Below, in pieces: positions 23,530 to 33,032 of a stretch of 64,000 bases of DNA. The stretch spans positions 62,001 through 126,000 of the forward strand of contig NW_003314387.1 of assembly GCF_000143415.4 (NCBI RefSeq). Reading direction: 5' to 3'. This DNA comes from Selaginella moellendorffii (Eukaryota; Plantae; Lycopodiophyta). The notes beneath the pieces were generated by a model. It did no database searches, was not told the DNA's origin, and saw only the letters and a program-made list of their open reading frames with translations. The position numbers and the translations under genes were made by a program. Position 1 is the stretch's first letter; each line of letters starts with the position of its first letter.

Positions 23530-26342
23530 TTAAAGTGCATACTCACCAGGTTCGCAGAGAAGATACTGTTTTTCTTTGGCAACTGTAATTATATGCTCCA
23601 TTGAAGTCACCTCTTCAATGGAGTTTGTCACCACAACACACGGGACACCCTTGAGTAGTGCGGCTCGAAAGAATAGTCCGCCGCAGTTGTACTCGACAAC
23701 ACATTTGCCCTTGGAGTCGGAAGCAGGTGACCCACCCGCTATTGCATTGAAGACCCAGCTGAGCATTTCCCATGCTGCACCTGGAGCTTTCTTTGGATTC
23801 GAAAGCTCCATAGCCGTCTTCAGTTCCTTAGGCACGGGTAAATTGACCTCCCTCAGATCAATTCGATTGGCCTTGTCGAACGAAGCTGGGAAGTCACTCC
23901 AGTCCCACTCTGCTGCAGGACCAATAACAAGGGCGAGTGTGAAGATGCAGACATTCGTCGGTATCTTCTTCTTAGCCATTATCCCATGGATCTCCCGCAT
24001 CTCCTTGCCTTTCAACCGAGCCTTCACCTCGTTCAAGGCCTTCCAGAACTTGTGATAGGATTTGGAGTCGTAGATCATATAGTGGACTGAAGATTCCACC
24101 TCCGCAAGTCCCACCATTAAGTCAATGATGGAGCTGACTTCGTTTGCATGAGTGATCTCCTCGTTTGTGAAGTCCATCACACAAAAGATGTTCTTGACCT
24201 GCTCATCTCCGCGGGAAACAATGCTCCTCCACCTTTGATCCTCATCCGAATTCAAGTATACCCAGTAAGGTTCTCGATAGGCCTCTGCTGCGGGGTCGAG
24301 CTGTTTCTGAAGCCGGCGGTCGACATCACTCTTAATGAAATTTGGATACTGATCCAACTTCTCAGCTTTACTTTACGTGGCATCCCGCAGCAGATCGATG
24401 AACTTGGGGGCCCCCTTCACGTACTCGTCGATGTCTTCATTTGACAAATCTAGCTCTTCCATCATCTCTTGCGTGGTGTCGATGCTCACCCTCTCCACGG
24501 CCACTTGCTCGAAGATCCAATCCTTCAATAGCGCACGAGCTCTCAGAGTCGTGCACAAGTCCTCGTATGTCACAATATGGCCGGGAGTCATTTTGGTCTT
24601 GTTGAAGACTACCTCACCACATAGAAGAGCATTAGCTACTGTCAGAAGGTCGTCGTCGTCTAGAGACCGCGAGAAACGCAAGGCGTTGAGCTTCAAATCA
24701 TTGGGCTTCCGGCCGTCCTCCACACCCATTGAGTTTGGCAACTCCCCGTCATGGTACCTCCTCAGCACATCTACCCATTTGTCAAAAACAACTTTTGTCG
24801 CGAGTAGAATGTTATGGATGCTGAGTGTGTCATTGACCCCCAGTGTTTTCGAGAGAAGACTCGAGAATTCCTGCAATGGAAATGGCGTGAGGCCACATGC
24901 TATGCCACATGCAACGAGGCTTACCTGCCAGGCGCTAGTTGTTAGTGCACGTCCTTGTCCTAGTTTTTGTGGCTTCTTCAGTTGAACCCAGAGCTTCCGT
25001 GTTCGTGCCAATGTCTCGTGCAGACCCGATTTGTAGCACGTTTCTTGCTTGACATTCTGCGTGTGGGAGATGTATATGATAGATCGGAGGGGCGAGTTGC
25101 CTTTTATCAGGCGGACAACTCTTGTCTTGAAGACTTTCTTCACCTCCTCGCCCACCATAATATCCACAACTATCTCTTGCATCGCCAAGCTAGAATGCTG
25201 CCCGGAGACGGCATAGAACCGGATGTTCTGATCATCCAACACCTTCCTATTGATCAAGTCTGGAAACCTCGTCTCGCCCTTCATTGTTCGGTAGTAGGGG
25301 ATCACGTCTGTGATGTCGGGTGTTACTAGACTTGCCAGCATCTTTTGCTTCAGTTTCTCCACCCACTCATTAGATACTAGCCTGTGGTTGTATTTGCTTT
25401 GGATGTCGATACGGCTCACGTCGATTGTATATACTTTGTTGGAATAGTAACAAGTACTATTATCTGCGACAATTTTTGCTGCCTCTTCTTGCTCTTTCTG
25501 CTCTTTGCGGCTCTTCTTTTTGGTGGGTGTAGTGTTCGAACCCGAGGCAATGGCATCACCGAGTAGCTTCTTTTTTGGAGGAGAGTCGGAAGTCGGCTTG
25601 AGCTTGACCACCCTTTTCTGCTTCGGGGTAGTTTCCAGATCGACCCCCTTCCCCTTCGCTTCGTGAACTGGAGTCACTCTCAACGGCTCAATGTTGGAAT
25701 ATAGTTTTTGAACATCGCCGTAGGTGAGGTCTGTGGATTCCATGTGATCTTCATAGACCCGCAGCGTCTTTGAAATTGTGGGCCTCCTGGACAACCTCTC
25801 CCTAGCTCCCTCTAGGAATTCCTCATACCCGCTGCCCCCCTCCGGGAAGCCGCTAGGATGTGCAAGGTGGATCTTGAAGGCAGACGTTGTCTCTACCACA
25901 AGTGCCAGTCCATATTCTTGCATGGAACTGCATGGAGTGTCTGTCACTTGGATGAGGATCCCCATGCATTCTTTTCTCCCACCATCTGTGTTGTACAACC
26001 TCAGATCCTCGCCTTCCATCCCGAAAGTCCAACTGGTGAGCTCCTCCCCCTTCTTTGCATCCACATTGACAGTGGCTGGAAGAAAAACGCAATTCCTCAC
26101 CTGTTCAGAAATGCACAACAATTAGAGCTGACAGATGAAAAGCTAGTAGCTGGAAATAACGTGAGGCCACACGCCATTCACCACTGCATCAGATATCTTG
26201 AGGCTGCATCCTAAGATGGCGTGAGGCTACACGCCATCTGTAACCAGACTGCACTCGAGAGCTCAATCGGTGCATGCCAATGTTGCTATTGAATGGCATG
26301 TGGCCTCATGCCATTTTCTACTTGGCCTAAAAGACTTACCAT
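23530..26342 (-). pseudogene. Cargo gene core: ParB-like domain plus degenerate N6/N4 DNA methyltransferase-like fold; nonsense codon at 24373-24375 in this copy
   Basis: ParB-like segment YTIDVSRIDIQSKYNHRLVSNEWVEKLKQKM..FYAVSGQHSSLAM. MTase-like C-terminus LSWVFNAIAGG..KGKCVVEYNCGGLFFRAALLKGVPCVVV. Copy 2 reads through (ACG AAA AGT) where copy 1 has ACG TAA AGT. In-frame intron at 24871-24924. Confidence 0.6.
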
Positions 26343-27549
26343 TTGAAGCCGAATGGAGGCGTGACAACTGGACTCGTTGGCGAATGTGCACTGTGTGTGC
26401 AGCGGATCGTAGCAGCAAGGCTACTCTGCCACTTACAGTTGGAGAGTGGCGCTGAAATCTCCCGGGACGCCAAGTGGGCTGCGTGGAGTGGGCGGCGGAG
26501 TTGGCGGCAAAGTTACAAACTAGGTGTGTCTTGAAGTGGACGCCGATGCACACGAGCGCGATGCGAGCGCAAGTGTGATGCAAGCGCGAGTGGACGCCAA
26601 TGCACACGAGAAACCTGTAGAGAAGTGGGAGCGCGATGCAAGCGCGAGTACGAAGCAAAATGCAAAACCTAATCTCACACGCGCGAAATGTCACGACGGT
26701 TGGTAATCCCGCCACGTCATCATTCCTCGGACTTGGGCGCCACCATTAATTTCTGGATCGCCGCGCGCATGCATGAAATCCAAAAGAGATCCGCAACGTC
26801 ATCATTCCTTGGACTGCATACACGCGAAATCCAAAAGAAAGATCATGATTGGGATATCATTTAATACCCTCGCTATATTTATACCATGCATGATTGGATA
26901 TTCCAAAGCATCTTGTATTTCCAAAAATGCCAGATGTTCAGCTAAATAAATTGTTAGAGGATTTGATGTGACGTTCAAGCGTGTGGGCTCATGCAATGTT
27001 GATCCCAAAAAATGCACCAAAAAATGCTCGGTGTCATCTGGCGTTATCTCTTGAATGGCGTGGGGCCGCATGCCATTTTCAGGAGCACATAGGAGTATAT
27101 TCCTAGAATATTCTGACATGCGCGAGATTGTTTTGAGTTTCCTAGAGATCCAACCGTTAGATCGCAACTAAATTTTACAGAATGGTATACAATGTCCTTC
27201 TTGATGACCCTGCAAAGAAGCATCTCGATCGGACACCACATGAGACCACACAAGCCTTACAATGTTTCAGGGGCATTTGCCATAGATCCGACCGTTATTT
27301 TGCTCCAAGATTCTACAGTTTGGTGTGCATTGACCTTTCCATCGACACTGCAAAGGGACATCACAATCAGATGCGAGATCACAAGAAACCAACTTCACTA
27401 ACTCTGGTTTCACCAAGATCTACGTAAGGAGTTATTAAATGAAAGGACCCTCTCTATTGAAATGTGTTTATGGTCCTAGGGACATTGTGACATATCAAAG
27501 GATTTTGTATCAAGTTCTATATTTGCATGTTTATCAAGCTATTGAATTG

Positions 27550-27576
27550 CTAAACCCTAAACCCTAAACCCTAAAC
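27550..27576. repeat. Plant telomere-type (CCCTAAA)n / telo-box tract inside the transposon
   Basis: ctaaaccctaaaccctaaaccctaaac; shorter in copy 2 (~58536-58549). Confidence 0.8.
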
Positions 27577-27690
27577 ATGTGGCAAATGCTGCGTGAAGAA
27601 AGATGCCCTTCCTAGGCAAATGCTGTAAGAGGCAGATGCCGAGCAGATGTATCTCAGGCTAGCGAAGGGGACAAACGAAAGCTAGCTATA

Positions 27691-27884
27691 TGTAAACGCC
27701 TGAGTTTGGACTTCCCGGGAGGTCACCCAGCCCAGTACTATTCAAACCCAAGGACGCTTAACTCCAAATATCCCAAGACCCTTAACCGATTGGAAAAGGG
27801 GGTGCACTCTTATTCATGGGCCCTTTCCCTCTATATTTGAACCCAACGGATCGTCTCTCGAGTCGTTCCCTTTGGTTGCTTACA
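27691..27884 (-). mobile_element. 194-bp solo LTR with a 5S rRNA-derived segment (Cassandra-like TRIM)
   Basis: TGTAA...TTACA ends, 5-bp TSD CTATA (27686-27690, 27885-27889), empty site in copy 2 (~58461). The - strand of 27708-27764 reads AGTTAAGCGTCCTTGGGTTTGAATAGTACTGGGCTGGGTGACCTCCCGGGAAGTCC, matching 5S A-box/IE/C-box. Confidence 0.92.
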
Positions 27885-28636
27885 CTATAAACATGACGGG
27901 ATGCAAATAGATTAATAGGCTGGTCTTGCGAAAATCAAAAACCATAATTAAAAACATTGAAAATGCACAAAGAAAGGTTTATATATTTTTGAATTTTAAG
28001 CAACCAAAGGAATGTAAGTAGGGCATGTGTTTGTAAGTTTAAAAATGCCTCAACCACTTAAATTCCCAAGTAAATAAAGCTGTTTCAATTTTTGGTACAG
28101 GTAAACTTTATAGCGTGTGGGCTCATGCAATTTTGAACCCAAAAATGCACCAAAAAATGCTCGACTAGCATTATTCTTTGAATGGCGTGTGGCCTTATAT
28201 TGCCATAAATGGACGTACACACACAGCATAATTATTCCTTTACATGGCGAATAATCTTGGCGCGGATCGCTGACACGACATGGCAAAGTTCGAATCACTG
28301 ACATGGCACAGCTGGATCGAGGCAAGGACATGATGTGACAAAGTTCAACGTCCGACAGCAAAGTCTAGAAGCTACTCAGTTTGAAATTTGTCAGAGGAAT
28401 CATAAGATCTGGTTTGTCAGAGGATTTGATGTGACGTTCAAGCGTGTGTTATTTTTGAATTCTCGAACTCATTCCTAGGTCTATCATTTTTGTGCGCCGT
28501 GTTCTTGGTTCCACTGAGCGCAGTGAGCGCTGCTTGTGTAAGCGGCGTTGTGAGCTGTGGTTTATGCGTCTACAAGCAGTTGTGGCATTGCGAGCGCCAT
28601 TGCGAGCGGCAGTTTATGTGAGTGGCAGTTTGTGCA

Positions 28637-28706
28637 AGCGGCGCTACGAGCAGTTGCGGTGTTGCGAGCGGCACTACGAGTAGTTGCGGTGTTGCGAGCG
28701 GCACTG
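28637..28706. repeat. 30-bp GC-rich tandem repeat between the divergent genes
   Basis: gcggcgctacgagcagttgcggtgttgcga repeated ~2.3 times; also present in copy 2 at ~57630-57700. Confidence 0.7.
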
Positions 28707-28894
28707 TCTTTGGTGTGGCTACCGCTTCCTCTTGATATTCGGCACTTGTGCTTCTTGGTATGTTCACCATGGAATGGCTTAGGACCACATTTAGAAATGG
28801 CATGAGGCCACATGCCATCTTGGGCCCTTGCAATTTCATGGCTAGCGTATTGTCATGTATGTTTTTACTTGCCTGCAGCTGTGTGTATATCAAG

Positions 28895-29122
28895 ATGGCA
28901 TGAGGCCTCATGCCATCTTTGGCCCCTGCTAGCCTATTGCCATATTCCTTTTGCCTTGCTACAACTGTATATATTTTTGTATGGGTGACTAGTCACGCAC
29001 ACAAAAATATATACAATTGCAGCAAGGCAAAAGGAATATAGCAACAGGCTAGTAGGGGCCAAAGATAGCGTGAGGCCTCATGCCATTAGTGGTACCACTA
29101 ATGGCATGAGGGCTCATGCCAA
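28895..29122. repeat. 192-bp imperfect palindrome (28895-29086) overlapping a 58-bp palindrome (29065-29122), upstream of the transposase
   Basis: Symmetry centres gtgact|agtcac (28990/28991) and ggt|acc (29093/29094); the arms end in the 22-bp motif. Confidence 0.85.
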
Positions 29123-29265
29123 TTTTGTGAATGCAAAATTTCACGTGGGTGTCAATAGCATGTTTGAATAATGGCATGTGGCCTCATGCTATTTGGTATG
29201 TTATGATTTAGGCCATTCTCCAATCATTTTTTGTATGGTCTTAACTTCTTTTCTACACTTTCAGA

Positions 29266-32200
29266 ATGGCCTTCAGGGTTGGGGAAAAGGTTTACATTTT
29301 GAATGGTGGGAAGAGAGTTGCAAAAGGGACCCTTGTGTCTATGGATCGGAACTTTGTTATACACTGTCAAAGGCTTGGGGAAGGCAATGCTGCTGTATCA
29401 GTAGAGACTGTCTTCGATGGGAATGTGGTCGCTATTGAACGAGGAGAGATGGTCGTCGGGGTAAATGTTGTTGTTGCCTTGAAAAATCTGCAGAAGAAAG
29501 CAGATGTTGGGGACAGCACAAGTGCGACGCATGTTCCCTCCGTGGATCTTAAGAACCGTGCTACATGGATTCAGGCAAAGGTGTTTCTAAACAACCCCGA
29601 GGGGGAGGTGGTAGCTAAGGGCTTAGCCACAGTTGTCGATCCAAGAGATGCGGTTGCTAATCAAGAATTGGGCTGGGATGATATTGGAGTTGCGATTTTA
29701 GAGGTTGTTGACACAGAAGAAAACAGTCTGACTATTGGAAGCATTGTGCGGTGGAAATTGAGGCATTTAGTGTTTGAGAATGTGAAGGATTCACAATCAA
29801 ACACCACTACAATTGATGACAGAACATCTCTTCATGGGAAAAGAAAGTACACCTTCCTACAGTGCAGCCAAAGGGATCTGAGCAACGAACCGAAAAGGCA
29901 GAAAATGGCGATGGAGGTTCGAATGGTCTCGACAGTTGTTTGTTGCAAGAGGAGGTGCTGTCAACATGCTGATTGGGATGCTATTGAAGAGGAGAGAGCA
30001 AGATACAAGACATTGTCCTGGAAGGCAGCTCGCAATTTTGTGTATGAGGCATTACGGTCATCTGTTGATGCTTCAGAACATCAGGTGGGGGGCATGGTCT
30101 TCCAGAGGGGTTTGGTCTGCATGAAGGCATGGAGAATCATTTATGGAGTCCCTCGAAGCACATTCTACAGAATCAAAACTGAGTTCGAAGAACAAAGGGT
30201 TCAACAGGCAGTCCATGGGAACGACGGTACGCACAAAACCAGGGGTCATGTTGTATATAGAGAGGCAATCTTCAAGAGGTTTGTCGAGACATGTAGCGAG
30301 CAGCAACCACATAAAACCCGCCTCTTGGAAGATGGAACACGAGACACCCAACGAGTTCTCCCTTCCATGTATACCAAGGGGGCCATATTGGAAGATGTGA
30401 ATCGGGAACTCCAGAGTAATGGCTACAGGAAGCTGAGCCAATCTAGATTTAGTAGATTGTGGAGCAACAGGTTCAGGGATGTGAGTATAGGAAAGTACTC
30501 CAGCTTTTCAAAGTGTGACGAGTGCACTGCTATCAAAATGGCTTTGTCGAAGAATTCTTGCAGCGCTCAAGAGCGAGAGACGTTGGTTAGAAGGCAGCTC
30601 GACCACAACATCGAGCAGAGAAGCTGCAGGACTGCATATTATCATAACAGGATTCTCTCCATGGAGAGACCTGACTCTTACCTCTGCATCATCCACGACA
30701 AAATGGACCAGAAAAAGACATGCTTACCTCGACTCAATCCTGCCCCCAAGGCAATCTCTTCATCCATGCAGCTGCCTGTGTCTTTGTTTGGCATAATCGC
30801 TCATGGGCATGGTGCCCAGAACTATGGGAACTTCTTTGTACCTCTATGGGGTGGCGGGGGTGCAAACATGATGATTGCGTCCCTAGCAAAACACTTAAGG
30901 TCTCTGCAAAGTGCACATATTGAGCTGAACAGCCAACCCTTGCATAAGGCCCTTGTCGATCGAACCCCATATAGGGTTCAGCTAGAGGAGGAGCAAAGGC
31001 TTGCAGTATCGCGTGGGGCCCCATGCCATCCCAGTGAATATGTTGGCCGTCAGATTGTAGGGTTATCACGTGAGGCCTCATGCCATTCCGACGAGGCTGG
31101 TCGCCCGGTGAATGCACAGCCTCATCCAAATGAAGCAGAATCTCAAGGAAGTTCTTGCGGCCGATGTGGCCTTCCTCCCCATCTTCTGCTCCAAACAAAC
31201 AATGCTGGCAGTGAGAACAAAAACATGTACATCTTCACGTACTTGGCGATGCTTGTTGCCAAAGGCATATTTGAAACAGTTACACTTGGCTTTCTCATGG
31301 TTGGGCACACTCATGAAGACGTCGATGCCATGTTCAGTCACCTGGCAGAGTCCCTCCGGCGATCCAATGTCCTCACCCTCCCACAACTCTACGATGAATT
31401 CCAAAATTGCATCAAAGGCACTATTGAAGCTGCACTTGTGACAGAGGTTCCAGACTTTAAGGGGTTTGTAAGAGGCTACATCAGGGACGGATCCGAAATG
31501 CTGATTGGCCACTCCAAGCCTCGTCAGTTTCATTTCAGCATGCGTGACGGTGCTCCAGTGATGAGGTACAAGATGAGAGAATGGGACACAGTGTGGCTGC
31601 CAGTGGATGGCATTGAACTCTTCAAGAGAGATCCCATAACTGGGGAACCTATGATTCCTCAGGGTTCCCCACGGCCGATGCACCCGGATGGACTCAAAGA
31701 CCAGGAAAGTATAGTGGCCGGGATTAGACAGCATATTGCCTTCTGGAAGAGGGGGTTGGTGTTTGGTGGAGAATCCTATTTTAAGAGGTGCAAGCCTTTG
31801 CTCGAATACTGGGAGAAGATTATATTTGCTATCCAAAATGTTGAGGATCACTATTGTGGGCCGAGGAACAAGAAGCCGGATTCAGCATTCAATCCAGTAC
31901 AGGTCTGCAAAGGAATGGTCGTGCTTGTCAGACCCAGTAATAAAAAACAAATGATATGGGTGGGGCGCTGCATCACTGATGTAGAGGAGGACGCGGNNNN
32001 NNNNNNNNNNNNNNNNNNNNNNNNNNNNNNNNNNNNNNNNNNNNNNNNNNNNNNNNNNNNNNNNNNNNNNNNNNNNNNNNNNNNNNNNNNNNNNNNNNNN
32101 NNNNNNNNNNNNNNNNNNNNNNNNNNNNNNNNNNNNNNNNNNNNNNNNNNNNNNNNNNNNNNNNNNNNNNNNNNNNNNNNNNNNNNNNNNNNNNNNNNNN

Positions 32201-32302
32201 NNNNNNNNNNNNNNNNNNNNNNNNNNNNNNNNNNNNNNNNNNNNNNNNNNNNNNNNNNNNNNNNAAGGTGAACAATCCGAATCTGAATCAGAGGAGGCGT
32301 GA
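29266..32302 (+). CDS. Sola1-like DDD transposase; spans an assembly gap, so the stop is inferred
   Basis: CCKRRCC, GLVCMKAWRIIYGVPRSTF, FSKCDEC, IIHDKMDQKK, LLLQTNNAGSENKN and FLMVGHTHEDVDAMFS. After the gap, GEQSESESEEA* ends at 32302. Confidence 0.85.
31997..32264. other. Assembly gap (Ns)
   Basis: Run of n. Confidence 1.
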
Positions 32303-33032
32303 TGGCATGGCGTGATGGCGTGAGGCGTGAGGCGTGACACCAAAAAGGAGGTGTCCACTAGCGCTTAGGCTTATAATGGCGTGTGCCCTCATGCCATTTA
32401 CTTGATCACCAAATACCTTTTTCCCTTTGCACTAGTATATCTTAATACCGGTCTGAGAAATAGAATGGCATGTGCCCTCAGGCCTTTTACTAAATCACCT
32501 TTGAAAGAAATGCAAGCCTCTATGTCGTAAAAAAAAGGTACTAGAGAAATTCCTTAATAATATGAATGTTATTTAGTTTCATGAAAATACACTAAGGGTC
32601 AAATGAGTTAAATGACTTCTCCAGACTAGCAATGCCTCTTGCTACACCTTCACAATTAGATTCGTTAGAAAAAGATAACATTGAATAATATCTAAATGTT
32701 CTCACCATTAAGTTATATGTCTGGCTAATAGGAATGACGTTCATCTTGGAAAGCTCACCACACGCTCAATGAACAAACAAATAGTGTGTGCGCGCATGCC
32801 ATCGCTCTTCTTTAGCTTTAGATTCGGCTTGTTCACCTTGACAATGAGATTTATTATACAACCAGATGGACTCAGTCTAGACACAAAGTCACCGCGCTAG
32901 TCACCATGCCCCAGATATGTCTAGCCCCTGGACAAAAAACATATAATTTCACGTCATTTTCAAATACTTGAAAATTTGTACCTAGTCCCATTTTACTGAA
33001 TAAATCCCACTTTAACGAAATAGAGCTTAATC

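Larger units (their letters stand above)
20663..32802. repeat. About 20 dispersed 22-bp palindromes ATGGCRTG-NGGCCN-CAYGCCAT
   Basis: Starts at ~20663, 21740, 21815, 23051, 23242, 23383, 24882, 26157, 26216, 26293, 27055, 28182, 28797, 28895, 29065, 29101, 29171, 31008, 31065, 32376, 32466 and 32781. Confidence 0.9.
20277..33028 (+). mobile_element. 12.75-kb Sola1-like cut-and-paste DNA transposon with cargo gene, copy 1
   Basis: Perfect 24-bp TIRs AAGCTCTATTTCGTTAAAGTGGGA at 20277-20300 and 33005-33028. 4-bp TSD AATC at 20273-20276 and 33029-33032. The flanks rejoin into a continuous gypsy sequence. Encodes a DDD-type transposase; second copy at 54098. Confidence 0.92.

Noticed and set aside
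27708-27764. Functional 5S rRNA gene
   Set aside because: Only the internal control region is present, embedded in a TG..CA element with a TSD.
20279-33026. 22-bp TIR with TTAA/TCAA target (piggyBac/Sola3-like)
   Set aside because: Extending the TIR by AA/TT gives an exact AATC duplication and restores the empty gypsy site.
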